From assembly GCA_028534125.1 (NCBI GenBank), contig CM052816.1, positions 39,124,001 through 39,188,000 on the forward strand: a stretch of DNA of 64,000 nucleotides, given 5' to 3'. The stretch's first letter is position 1. Each line of letters starts with the position of its first letter. The notes under the pieces were generated by a model that was not told where the DNA came from, ran no database searches, and saw only the letters and a list, made by a program, of their open reading frames with translations. The DNA comes from Lama glama (lineage: Eukaryota). Both the position numbers and the translations under genes were made by a program. Positions 26,843 through 39,649 of the stretch are shown here, piece by piece.

Positions 26843-26950
26843 GTATGGTATGAACCTTTCAGAGGTGATCCATTTCAGTGAGGTAGTCTTTATATTTTTA
26901 CAACAAAGCTGGCTTATGTAATTGTTTGATGTCCAGTATTCATTTTATAG

Positions 26951-27047
26951 GCATTGTGGAAGCTTCAGGAATCCTCGGATATGCTTTGGGTCGTGCGATA
27001 GGAGCACTCTTAATTAAGACCTCTGAGAATAGTTCTTTTGAGGAAAG
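26951..27047 (+). CDS. SLCO6A1: SLCO6A1 coding exon (about exon 4), 97 nt: (G)IVEASGILGYALGRAIGALLIKTSENSSFEE
   Basis: cattttatAG acceptor and AAG|GTAAGC donor. Contains the OATP GYALG...G motif. Phase 1 to phase 2. Confidence 0.9.
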
Positions 27048-27558
27048 GTAAGCTGTTTTTGCCTTTTTTGATTTACACTCTATATATTTATTGGCTTGAT
27101 AGTGTAGCTTGTGAATACATATATTGTAACAGACATTTTAAAGAGAAATATATGTAAATGTGATGGATATGCATATATATGTACATATAAATACATCTAA
27201 ATATGCATTTTTATCTTTGCTGGTTGAAATGTAACTTCAAAAACTACTTCTAATGACAACCTTACTACTAATTCTATATATAGCTTTTTAAAAAATTGTG
27301 ATAAAAAATAGTAAAAAATGTACCATCCTAACCATTTTTAAGTGTGTAATACAGGTAGTATTAACTATATGCATATTGTTATGCAACAGATCTTTAGAAT
27401 TTTTTCATCTTGCAGAACTGAAACTCTGTATCCATTGTACAACAACTCCCCATTTTGCCCTTCCTCAGCCCTTGGCAACCACTGTTCTGCTTCCTATATT
27501 GAAGAGTTTGACTATTTTTCAGCACCATTTATTGAAGAGACTATCCTTTCTCCATTTT

Positions 27559-27733
27559 GTAATTAGATTTATTTGTTTATTTATTTTTTTTAAACAGAGG
27601 TACTGGGAGTTGAACCCAGGACCTCGTGCATGCTAGGCATGCACTCTACCACTGAGCTATACCCTCCCCCCTTTAATGGGAGTAGGTAATTAGATTTATC
27701 TGTTTATTTATTTTTTTAAACAGAGGTACTGGG
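27559..27733 (-). mobile_element. tRNA-derived SINE (camelid Vic-1-like): one near-full monomer plus a truncated second monomer
   Basis: Reverse strand reads GGGGAGGGTATAGCTCAGTGGTAGAGTGCATGCCTAGCATGCACGAGGTCCTGGGTTCAACTCCCAG, with Pol III A and B boxes. TSD tccattttgta (27551-27561 / 27734-27744). Confidence 0.88.
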
Positions 27734-27782
27734 TCCATTTTGTATTCTTACCATCCTTCTGAAAAAGCATTTGTCCGTATTT

Positions 27783-27826
27783 ATGAGAGTTTGTTTCTGG
27801 ACTCATGAGAGTTTGTTTCTGGACTC
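27783..27826. repeat. Perfect 22-bp tandem duplication
   Basis: atgagagtttgtttctggactc occurs twice in tandem. Confidence 0.95.
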
Positions 27827-29039
27827 TTTCTTGTCTTCTATTGGTCTATGTTGCTGTCTTTATACTAACCAGTACCATACTGTTTCGAGTACTATAGCTT
27901 TGTGCTATATTTTGAAATCAGGAGGTGTGAAGCTTCTGGCTTTTTTTTTCTTTCTCAGGATTATTTTGGCTATTTGGAGTCTAGTCAGATTCCATATGAA
28001 ATTTTAGGATTTTTAAAATTTCTGCAAAAAAATTCTGCTGAGACTTTGATAGGGATTACATTGAATCTGTAGATTGCTTTGGGCATTAAGGGAATTTAAT
28101 AATAGAAAGTCTTCAAATCCATGAGCATGGATATCTTTCCATTACTTTGTAGCTTCTTTAATTCTATTAGCAATGTTCTGGAGTTTTCACTGTTTAAATA
28201 AGTCTTCCAGCTTGGATGCTGTTCAGTGTGTATAGAAACACATTTGATTTTTGTGTTGATTTTGTATCCTGCCACTTCGCTGAATTATTAGTTCTAACGG
28301 ATTTTTTTTTTGGAGTCTTCAGCATTTTCTAAGTATAAGATCATGTCATCTGCAAACAGAAGTAAGTTTACCTCTTTCTTTCCAATATGGATGCCTTTTA
28401 TTTCTTTTTCTTGCCTGTTTGTTCTGACTAGAATTTCCAGTACTATGTTGAATAGAAGTGTTAAGAATAGGTAGGCATCCTTGCCATGTTCCAGATCTTA
28501 CAGGAGTGCAGTATTACCAGCGGACTTCTCATATATGGCTTTTTATTATGTTGGGGTAGTTTCCTTCTATTTTTAGTTTGTTGAGTGTTTTTATAATGAA
28601 ACGTTGTTAAACTTCATTGAATGCTTTTTCTGCATCAATTGAGATAACCTTGTGGTTTTGCCCTTCATTATGTTAATGTGGTATATCACAATAATTGATT
28701 TTCCTATATTGAACCATTATTGTTGTATTCCAGAATATATCTATCTTGGTCATGATATGATTCTCTTAATATGTTGTTGAATTTGGTTTCCTAGTATTTT
28801 GTTGATGATTTTTACATCCCAATGATTTTAGTGTATGGTTTTCTTTTCTTGTAGTATCTTTGTCTGATTTTTTGTTTTTAGGGTAATGCTGACCTCATGG
28901 AATGAGTTTGGAAGTATTCCCTCCTCTTAATTTTTTTGGAAAAGTTTGAGAAGGATTGGTATTAATTCTTCTTAAAGAGTTTGGTTGTATTCTCCACTGA
29001 AGCCATCTGGGCCTGGGATTTTCTTTGTAGTGAGGTTTT

Positions 29040-29143
29040 TTGAGTTTTGGGTTTTTTGTTTGTTCTTATTGAAACAAAACATAGTTTACAAAAGTCTGTT
29101 TACAATATTGAGTTAATTTCTGGTGTACAGCATAGTGATTCAG

Positions 29144-29189
<46 letters not shown>

Positions 29190-29886
29190 TACATTTCATA
29201 TTCTTTTTCATTATAGACTATTACAAGATATTGAACATAGTTCCCTGTGCCGTACAGTAGAACTTTGTTGTTTATCTTTTTTATGTATAGTAGTATCTGC
29301 AAATCCTAAGCTCCCAGTTTATTCTTCCACCCTCCTCTTTTCCCACTGATAACCCTAAGTTTGTTTTCTACGCCTGTGAGTCTGTTCCTGTTTTGTAAAA
29401 AGTTCATTGTGTCACTTTTTTTTAGATTCCACATATAAATAATATATGGTATTTTTCTTTCTCTTTCTGGCTTAATTCACTTAATGTGACAATCTCCAGG
29501 TCCATCCATGTTGCTGCAAATGGTGTTATTTTATTCTTCTTTATGACTGAGTAGTATGTGTGTTTGTGTGTGTATATATATTTTATATATATATATAAAC
29601 ATTATTAGTATTATATAAATTATATAATATATATTATTACACACATACACACACACACACACATTATAATTTCTTTATCCAATCATCTGTTGATGGACTG
29701 TTAGGTTGTTTCCACATCTTGGCTCTTGTAAATAGTGCTACTGTAAGCATTGGGGTGCATGTATCTTTTCAAATTAGAGCTTCCTCTGAATCCCAGGAGT
29801 GGGATTACTGGATCATAGAGTAAGTCTATTTTCAGTTTTTTTTATGGAATCTCCATACTGTCTTCTATGACGATTGCACCAAACCA
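29040..29886 (-). mobile_element. LINE-1 3' fragment nested in an older L1, with a (CA)n tract
   Basis: L1 3' UTR. Diverged flanking duplication ctttgtagtgaggttttt / ctttgttgaaaggttttt. Confidence 0.8.
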
Positions 29887-30679
29887 CTTTGTTGAAAGGT
29901 TTTTTAAGTGCTGATTTAATTTCCTTACTGGTTATATGTCTGCTCATTTTATTCTTTCATGATTCAGTCTTCATAGCTTATATGTTTCTAGAAATTTATC
30001 AACTTCTACTTATCTAATTTGTTGGCATAAAATTGTTCATAGTAGTCTCTTGTGATTCTTTTTATTTCTGTGGCATCAGTTGTAATATCTTCTCTTTCAT
30101 TTCTGATTTTTGTTATTTGAGTCTTCTCTTTTTTTTTCTTATTCTAGCTAAGGGTTTGTCAATTTTGTTGATTTAATAAAAAACTCTTAAAAAAAACTCT
30201 TTAGTTTTATTGATTTTCCCTGTGGTTTTTCTATTCTATATTTTATTCTTTTCTAATCTTTATTTCATTCTTTATCCTACATAAATATGTATTTTAAAGT
30301 TATGTTTAATTATTTACTGAAGTGGTACTGTAAGTGACTTCTTGCCTTTTCCAGTTGTCTCATTAAGATGATGGAGTTAATGAAGGAGGTATAATCTACC
30401 ACTACAAGAAAATAGGGAGATCCACTCTCCATTTCTGAAACTCTGGTTTTATATAAATGGAGAACTAATTGAAACTGAGATACAGAAGCTAGCTATCTCC
30501 TCTTATTTATTAAGCTGCCAACTAATTCCTTAATTATTTATTGCTATGGATACTGTATGGACACTCTCCTGCTAGCTTCCCTACCAGCTCATCTGGGCTC
30601 TTACCTGGCCAGAGTGAAGTGTTGGTAGCTATCAGACAAATATAATAAAGAGGGGCAGAGAAGGTGTCAAGGAATAAGC

Positions 30680-32620
30680 TGTATGTTGGATATATTTAGT
30701 TTGACTCTCTAAATTCTTTTCTGTCTTTCTAAAACCTTCTATTCTCTTCTCTTCCCCAGGGGTCTATATTGAGAGCCTCAGCATAATCTCTTTAACTCTG
30801 GATTTCAGTTGGATTTGGCCAGTGAGAAGCACTGGCAGATGAGAGGGCAGGAGCATACTAAGGCTAGGGTATTTATCCTCCTAGTTCCTTTTCTGCAAGA
30901 GGTGTACCCAGATTGGCTGTATCCCTATTCTGAAGATCATGGTTGCTTTCAGGCTTCCATTACCATTTATTAAGCATTGTTTTAGTTGACATTCAGGCCT
31001 GTGGTAACAGCTTGTTATTGTAGCTAGCTCCAGAATTTTGTGCTGTACCTTGTTATTTCCCTAAACCCTGCCCACATCACTGGAAATAGTTTTCTTGTCA
31101 TTATCTCTTTAAATTATCTAATATGAATGTATTATGTTTCCTATCAGTATCCCAACTCATACTAAAAATAGTATCAGAAGTAGCTTTAGGATTCAAGAAC
31201 TAGGTTGTGTATTTGTATGCCCAGATAACCTCCTTCCTGGGAGTAAGTTAGTAAAATGATCACAAGTTGCAGATGGGATTAAGTCCAGGGGAGGGCCAGA
31301 CTGGAAAATTAAGTATTCATAGCATTTAATCAATTTGAGGGACAGAAGTTATTGTAAGACTTCTGGGTCATTTGGCTTCTTTAAACAATATTGGAGAATA
31401 TTCTCAGGGAAAAGGAACACATTTAATCATATTAATATTAAGTTTTCTTATTGAGATGAAAAAGGAGATGGCCACTATATTAATAGCTCCACTCACCAGT
31501 GGCCTTGGATACAGGAAATCTTTCTAGTGAGTAGAACTTCAGGCTGGTTGACCACTTAGCATAGAAGGAGAGATGGCCTGAGGTATAAATTTATACTAAT
31601 TTATGGTTGGGTAGCCAGGAGCTTAGAATAAGATTAGAAAATAGGAAATCAAAAGAAAATGTGAGTGAACCTCTTAGAATGGGCACATGTAAAAGGTGTG
31701 TACTTTGGAAGAAGCTGTTTAATCAGTTGGACAAAATGACCCATCCTGTTAATGTCAGGTCAGCCTCTCTCCTTTCTAACCATCCCAATTCTTCCTCAGT
31801 AAGCTCATGTAAAAAGTGGCCTTGGTGACATGAGTGTAGTAACGTGGACTTCTTCACAGTAGGAAAGTCTGTCAACAAAAGTATTTACTAGGATATGAGT
31901 ATTACTATTGCTGAGTATGTAATTCATCAATAGTAGAGGTCAACCCTGAGTCCGTGGTATAGCACATTCATTGGGAGACAAGCTACCATCCAGTTTATTA
32001 ATTTGTCTTTAGGTTGCCCCTCTTTTAATTTGTCTTTATACGAAAAGATACATATCCTAGGCAAGAATTTTTCTTCTGTACTATCTTAGTCCATTTGGAC
32101 AGCTATACAAAAACAGAAATTTATTTCTTGTAGTTCTGTATGCTGAGAAGTTCAAGATCAAGGTGCTGGCAAATTCAGTGTCTTGGGAGATTCTGCTTCC
32201 TGGATCATAGACATAGCCATCTTCTCCCTGTGTTCCCATGTGGCTAAAGGGGCAAGAAGTTTCTCTGGGTCATTAATCACATTCATGCAGACTATCCTTA
32301 TGACCTAATAATCTCCCAAAGGCCCCACTTGCTAATACCATCACATTAGAGGGCAGGATCTTAACATATGAATTTGCAGGAGACAAACATATTCAGTTCA
32401 TAACATCTGCCTACCATGTTTATGCTAGCATCACTTTTCAAAGACTTAGGTGCCATATTCATCCCTGTGGTATCTCATACAGTATTGTCTTTGACTAGAG
32501 ACCATATGATAAGACAAAGGAAGTGTGTCAGCATGATAATTACAGAATTCACTGGTGGTACTCTGTGCCCCATTATCCAGAAATGACTGGCTTGATACAA
32601 TGGTATCATGGCTTGGTGCC
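30680..32620 (+). mobile_element. ERVL LTR (LTR33-like, to about 31162) followed by degraded ERVL internal sequence
   Basis: ctctgg..ttggatttggccagtgagaagcactggcag and ccctaaaccctgcccaca. Integrase-like gaattcactgg...cccattatccagaa near 32545-32585. Confidence 0.6.
32083..32405 (-). mobile_element. MaLR LTR (MLT1A-like) nested in ERVL internal sequence
   Basis: agaaatttattt ... gaagttcaagatcaaggtgctggc ... ctcccaaaggccccac ... aacatatgaattt ... attcagttcataaca. Confidence 0.8.
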
Positions 32621-33230
32621 TATATAGTTTTTTTGGTGGAGTAGTTAGGGTTTTCTGTATATACTACCATGTCATCTTCAAACAGAGACAGTTTTACTTA
32701 TTCCTTTCTTATTTGGATGCCTTTTATTCCTTTTTTTTGCCAAATTGCTCTGGCTAGTACTTCCAGTGTTTTGTTGAATAAAGGTAAGGATGTTAGGCAT
32801 ACTTGTCTTATTCTTGATTTTGGAAGAAAAATTTTCAGCTTTTCACTGTTGAGTCTGATGTTAGCTGTGGGTTTGTCATATATAGCCTTTTTATGTTCCC
32901 TCTATACGCAGTCTGTTGAAAGTTTTAATCATGAGTGTTTGTTGAATTTTGTTAAATGCTTTTCCTGCATCAGTTGACATGATCATATGCTTTTTATTCA
33001 TTTTGTTAATGTGGTATATCACAATGATTGATTTGCAGATGTTGAACCATCCTTGCACTCTTGGAATAAATCCCACTTGATCATCGTATATGATCATTTT
33101 AATGTACTGTTGAATTCAGTTTGCTAATATTTTGTTGAGAATTTTTGCATCTATGTTAATCAGGGATATTGGCCTGTAATTTTCTTTACTTGTATTGTCT
33201 TTTTCTGAATTTGGTTGTATATTTAAATTT
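32620..33230 (-). mobile_element. LINE-1 ORF2 (RT region) fragment
   Basis: ORF 32891-33097 [19 protein letters not shown]...[10 protein letters not shown]. Confidence 0.9.
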
Positions 33231-34479
33231 AACATCCAATTTTAGTTTACTTTTGTATATAATATGAGGCATGGGACACATTTCTGTTTTTTCCTGAAAG
33301 AGATATTTAATTGTACTGATGATGTTTGTGGATCATTCCATGATTTTTTAAAATTAATTTCATTTGTACAGATACTCAACATTGTCTTTATTATAAATTA
33401 AAATTTCGTTTTTTCATAGGTTTTCTTCTTGTCTCTGTATCTCTAATCTGTTCCTTGATAACATTTTTCTACTCCTATGCCAAAAATATAAGGTTTCAAT
33501 AATTAAAGCTTTATTGTATTATTTTCTGTATGTTTGGAATAGTCTCCACTTATTCATCAAAAACCAGGCGCTATTTTTGAAAAATTATTCTTCTAGATAG
33601 ATTTGTAAATCTTGAATTTATGTGTCCAATTGGGAATAATTGCATACTAATAATCAGAACTCAGGCATGCTTATAGTTGGAATACTTAGCTGAGTTCAAA
33701 AGAAAAAAAAATTTCTAAAAGATGAAAAAAATTGTAATTTTACAAATGCTTTAAAAGAGAGGGGAAAAAAGGACATTTTCTGAATATTATAATCAATAAG
33801 GAAACACATAGCCTTAGTGATTGATAGTCTGGAATTGAATCTCCCTGGGCATAGCATATTCACATATATGTGCCTAATGGATAATTAAAATCAAGATTGT
33901 AACCTTGTGTCATTGCAAGTTGGAATGTGGATCCCTGAATAATGTAGCAATGGATAAAAAGTTGTCCCATCAGTGAATAAAGCTGAGAATATTCTCCATA
34001 TTCTATGAAAAATGAGACCTATATGCAAGCTGCTTATCAGATTCTGTTGGCAGTAGTTCTCTGTTGGCAGTAGAGCACCTCCAAAACTGTGGTTCCTGTG
34101 GATGTGGACATTTTCCCATGATGGCTGGTTAGACAAAGTCTTAAATGTGTGTGGACCTGAAGATAATGGCAGCTGTGTAGTAATCAGCTTTCCTAAATGT
34201 CCTTCCTAAATGAAACAAAATAACTTCACAACTGTGAAAATCCCCTGTAAAATCATGGCCTTAGCATTACTGAAGACAAAGAATGTTGAAACTGCAAAAC
34301 AACTGTGAGTAAAAAGGGAAAAACCAAGAAATTGCAGCAGAGGATCCTTTACATTCCCATCTCACGCGGCTCAATGCAAAGCTTTGTGGTTTGCAAAGGT
34401 AGACCAAGAAAGACCACAGGGAAGATAGAAGGCGAAATCTATCAAAGGGTGATTAGGTATGATCACTAGAAGGGTAATG

Positions 34480-34675
34480 AAACTAGCAATAAACCACAGA
34501 AAAACAAATGAGAAAGAAATGACTTGGTGACTAAACAACATGGATGGTACTAAAAGGCAGTGGGTCAATGATGAACTCATAGAAGAAATTATAAAATACT
34601 CTGAGACAAACAACAATGAAAACACAACCACGCAAAATCTATAGGATGCAGCAAAAGCAGTCCTAAGAGGGAAGT
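34480..34675 (+). mobile_element. LINE-1 ORF2 fragment abutting a gap
   Basis: gaaaacacaaccacgcaaaatctataggatgcagcaaaagcagtcctaagagggaagt (NTT.QNL.DAAKAVLRGK). Confidence 0.85.
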
Positions 34676-35175
34676 NNNNNNNNNNNNNNNNNNNNNNNNN
34701 NNNNNNNNNNNNNNNNNNNNNNNNNNNNNNNNNNNNNNNNNNNNNNNNNNNNNNNNNNNNNNNNNNNNNNNNNNNNNNNNNNNNNNNNNNNNNNNNNNNN
34801 NNNNNNNNNNNNNNNNNNNNNNNNNNNNNNNNNNNNNNNNNNNNNNNNNNNNNNNNNNNNNNNNNNNNNNNNNNNNNNNNNNNNNNNNNNNNNNNNNNNN
34901 NNNNNNNNNNNNNNNNNNNNNNNNNNNNNNNNNNNNNNNNNNNNNNNNNNNNNNNNNNNNNNNNNNNNNNNNNNNNNNNNNNNNNNNNNNNNNNNNNNNN
35001 NNNNNNNNNNNNNNNNNNNNNNNNNNNNNNNNNNNNNNNNNNNNNNNNNNNNNNNNNNNNNNNNNNNNNNNNNNNNNNNNNNNNNNNNNNNNNNNNNNNN
35101 NNNNNNNNNNNNNNNNNNNNNNNNNNNNNNNNNNNNNNNNNNNNNNNNNNNNNNNNNNNNNNNNNNNNNNNNNNN
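34676..35175. other. Assembly gap (500 N)
   Basis: Run of exactly 500 N. Confidence 0.99.
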
Positions 35176-35719
35176 AGTTACATCACAATGTATGGAAAAT
35201 CCAGGGCTATGGGAACAATTAAATTCAGTTGGTGGTTAATCCGCTATAAACCTCAAGCCTTTGATAATTTTTTTCACTAGACGTAAGGTCTGTGGAATTG
35301 AGATATTGCATTTCTTACCACTCCTGCTTCATTTAAGTGCATAATCAAAGTTGGGACTTTCCCTTTTCCTCCTGAGATTCTGTGTTGTTTCTGTTGGACC
35401 GTACACAAGGAGATAGGGAGATAGTTTGGGTAACAGTTTATGTGTTCCACTATCACTTTGGGAGTTTAGGGGCATAAACAGTACAAGCTTGCAAAATATG
35501 GTTACCAATTCTGTATTTTGAAATTGGAGCCACAACACTAGTAAAAGGAGCCACAACAAAAGTGCTCTAAAGGGAGACACTATCTCAGTTATCCAAGACT
35601 GTTCACTATACAAATAATTCTTAAAAAGATAGAACAAGAAGCAGTCAGTATTTCTGCTTGCAGGATGTGCAGCACAGAGGGTAATGGAGAATTATTGCCC
35701 AATAAATAGAGCAGTAATT

Positions 35720-36800
35720 ATATTACATATAAATAAAGATAAATCTTGACCTCTACCTCGCTATGTATATAGATACCAATTTTAGATGGATTGCAGATCT
35801 AAATGTGAATGATAAAACAATAAAGCTTTTTAGAATAAAGCATAGGAAAATATTTTCATGGCCTTGGAGAAGACAAAGATTTATTAAACAGAATATATAT
35901 TACATAACTATAAAAAAAAAAGTGTGGTATTACATTAGATTTAAGGATTTTTGTTCATTAAAAGTCACGCTAAGGAGTGAAGATGCATGCAAAACAGTCT
36001 TTTCAATAGAAATATTCTTCAAAGTATTTGTGTCCAGAATACAGAAAAAATCTGACAATAATAAAAATGCAGATAATCTAATAAAAATGGACAAAAGAAT
36101 TGAACAGGCATTATATACAAGATGATTCCAGTTGGCCAATGTTTATGTGAAAATGTGCTCACCTTCAGCGATTCTCGGTGAAATGCATGTTAAATCTCAG
36201 TGCGATACCATTACTTGTTCACCAGAATTGCTAAAATGAAAGATACGTGTTGGCATGGACATGAAGCAATTTACATTTTATCCTCTACTGGTGAGAGTGT
36301 AAATTGGTTTATCATTTTATAAGTATCTTTGGCAGTATCATAAAAATATGAACCTATACATGTCCCCTGAACCAGAAATTCCACTCATAGTTATATACCC
36401 ATCATAAGTTCCTCTCTTAAGAATGTATCCAACATAAATGCATATGCTTCCAAAAGGACATGTATATGAATTTTTGAAGTAGCAGTGCAATTGGCAACAT
36501 TACATTGAATAGTTGTAGTATATGTGTATACTATAGAATGCTGTTCCTCAGTGAGAAGGCATGATCTATTTTATACAAAAATATGGGTGAATTTTTCAAA
36601 TATCATGTCCAATAAAAGAAGTGATAATGTATATTTATACTTGATGATCCATATTTGATGAAATCCCATAAGAGCACAAAAGAGCCTCTGGCCTCCTGAT
36701 AATTTTTGATTTTTCACCCAGGTGGTGGTTACATAGTTATGTTCACTTTGAAAATTTATCAATATGTATAATTGTGATTTGTGCGTTTTTCTGTACACCA
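35720..36800 (+). mobile_element. Old LINE-1 3' portion
   Basis: ORF remnant NFRWIADLNVNDKTIKL plus an L1M-type 3' UTR. Confidence 0.75.
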
Positions 36801-38419
36801 GGAAAATATTGACATAGAAAGTTGATTGAAAGTTCTGTGCTTTGCAGTTGATTTTCAGCTGTTTTTTTTTTCCTTTTAGGGTGGTCTTTCAAGGACACAG
36901 CTATTTAATTGCTGAACTCCCAGTATCCAGTATTTTCTTATTGCCTAGCATAATGAAACTGACAGCCAGTATTTTCTTAGCTGCGTTGGGTTCTCAGTTT
37001 TCTGCTTTACAGATGTTCTTGATTTTCCCAACTAGTTGTTGAGTTCAACTGGATAAACATAAGAGTCCTCTTCTGGATCAGTGATTCTGTGTTGTGAGTG
37101 GGGAACATTGTATTTAGACTGCCATCCAGTCCTCTTGTTTTTTTAAGTCTACTCACTCTTGCTTTCTGTCATACCTGCTGCCCTTAGTTTCTAAGATTGT
37201 GAAGTAAAATGTGGTTTACTTCTTGACTTCCTTACCTGCAGCCTTATTGTTCACCCTCTGAAATCTCCCGATTCACTTCCAGTTCCCGCTGTTTCCTTAA
37301 TAAATATTGCCCCTAATCTATTTGTACTTTTTTGCTTTCTAATGAATGAATTTGTCTATAAATGTCTACTTTCTAACAAGCACTCGTATGTTTACTATGT
37401 GGCTGGACACTGTCCTAAGCACTTAAATATTAACTCATTTAATTTTCTTAACAACCTTATAATGTACATATCATTATTTATAGATTTTCTTTAGTAACAT
37501 CTCATACATTTAGATATAATTTTTATTATTGTTCAGTTCTGAGCATTTTAAATTCTCATCATTATATTTTCACTTAAGCCATGCATTATTGGGAAGAGAT
37601 TTTTAGTTTCTAAGTATTCTTATTTCTCTTTTTAAATAACTGATTGTTCAGATCAGTTAATACTTTTCCATATTTTTAATAGTGTTGTAAGCTATGCCTC
37701 TGTTTCTGAAAAAGCTGAGTTAAAACACTACTAATAGATCTTTAGTTTTTTTGAAATCTAGGCAGTGTTTACATAATTTATTTTGTACATTGTATGAGTT
37801 TACTGTGCTATCTTCATCTGATTTACTACTTTCTAACTATATTTCTTCTCCTCTTCCTCATTTTCCTCCTTGTACTTGCCTCTTTCTAATCCCTTATGCT
37901 TGATTGAAAAGAAAACTATGTCTCATAATTGCTATTCTATTGATGTGAGATTGTTAATATTTCACATCCATTCACTGAACCTGAGTGGCTTGGTTTCATT
38001 TTTGGTAGCAAAACTATGTGAATGCTTGTCACTGTGGGCATACTTCTTGCTATAAACCATAAATGCAAGCAGTTATCCAATAATAGCTCTCAGTAAGACA
38101 CCTCTCATTTTAATGTTTTACATGGATTAAGTCCTGGGCTTTTCATAGAGCCATTACTACATAGGAGCAAAACTTCACCATCACTCCTCTAGAGTCCTTT
38201 AGGCCCATAGTTTCAGCCCCACTCACAAATTTGTATTTCTTATAAGGTTCAGGTTTGTTGTGGTATTTATCGTACCTTTAAGTTTTTTCTCTGTCTCTTG
38301 ATTTAAATCTATGTTTGCTGTATGTTTAGAGCAGAGATAATTGCATCAGTGTATGAATTTTCTGTACTATATTTAGCTGATCATTTTTAACTGTGTTTTC
38401 TCTTCTTCCTTTCTTTTAG

Positions 38420-38615
38420 GATTTATTTTAATTCTAGGAGGTGCAATTGGCCAGTTTCTGGGAGGTATCATCGTTTACACGATGCGAATGTCTTGTAAAT
38501 GCCTTATGAGATTTGTGATGGTTACAGCTGCTGTATCACTTGTAGTGCTTGCATTAATAATTTTTGTACACTGTGATCCAATACCGTTTGCTGGGTTCAA
38601 TGAAGATTATGGTGG
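38420..38615 (+). CDS. SLCO6A1: SLCO6A1 coding exon (about exon 8), 196 nt: (G)FILILGGAIGQFLGGIIVYTMRMSCKCLMRFVMVTAAVSLVVLALIIFVHCDPIPFAGFNEDYG(G)
   Basis: Long pyrimidine tract with ttttAG acceptor and TGG|GTAAGT donor. Contains GGAIGQFLGG and C....FAG.N..Y motifs. Phase 1 to phase 2. Confidence 0.93.
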
Positions 38616-38640
38616 GTAAGTGTAACTTTGTACATTAGAT

Positions 38641-39217
38641 TTTTTTAAGTTATATTCAGTTTACAATGTTGTGTCAGTTTCCAGAGTACAGCACAATTTT
38701 TCGGTTATACATGAACATTCATATATTCATTGTTGCATTCTTTTTCACTGTGAGCTACCACAAGATCTTGTATATATTTCCCTGTGTTATACACAGTATA
38801 ATCTTGTTTATCTATTCTACATATGCCTGTAAGTATCTACAAATTTCGATGTCCCTTCCTATCCCCCACCCCCTTGGCAACCACAAGATTGTATTCTATG
38901 AGTCTGTTTCTGTTTTATATTTAAGGTTTTTTTTAATTTCACATGTGAGTGATACCATAAGATACTTTGCTTTCTCCTTCTGGCTTACTTCACTTAGAAT
39001 GACATTCTCCAGGGACATCTGTGTTGCTGCAAATGATGTTATGTTGTCATTTTTATGACTGAATAGTATTCCATTGTATAAATATACCACATCTTCTTTA
39101 TCCAGTCATCTGTTGATGGATATTTAGGCTGTTTCCATGTCTTGGTTTTTGTAAATAGTGCTGCTATAAACATTGGGGTGCAGGTGTCTTTTTGAAGTAG
39201 GGTTCCCTCTGGATATA
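38641..39217 (-). mobile_element. Young 5'-truncated LINE-1 (about 580 bp)
   Basis: Perfect TSD tgtacattagat (38629-38640 / 39218-39229). [24 protein letters not shown]. Confidence 0.95.
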
Positions 39218-39649
39218 TGTACATTAGATGTCTACATCCAAACCTAACAATTTATTTCTTAGTTAATAATTATTTATCCAATAACCCTCATATTTTATAT
39301 CATTCTTGGAATTAATGAACATATAAAAGAAAGGGTAGAAATGTCATAATGATAGCTTGTGATATGAGTACTTGCAGTCATATAGTCTAAAGAAAAAACA
39401 CATTGAAATGAATCAGAACCTAGAAGTAGACTTCTGTATTAAAATGAGTAGCCACTGGAAGACCATACTAACTGTCTGTACACAGTCAGTCTTACCATTG
39501 TTCCTGAATTGGTATGTCTGCCTTTTTATCAGAGAATGGAACTGAAAACACCTGAAAGTATGTAAAAGTAATAACTCCTCTAAGTTAAACTTGCAAAAAT
39601 TCAAAGAACTAGGCAGAGATTGTTGTTAAATAAGGGCAACATAACTGGA

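Larger units (their letters stand above)
27280..30260 (-). mobile_element. Old LINE-1 carrying nested SINE and L1 insertions
   Basis: Continuous degraded reverse ORF2 and 3' UTR on both sides of the nested elements. Confidence 0.8.

Noticed and set aside
27595..27670. tRNA gene
   Set aside because: It has A and B boxes but is followed by a SINE body and enclosed in a TSD, so it is a tRNA-derived SINE.
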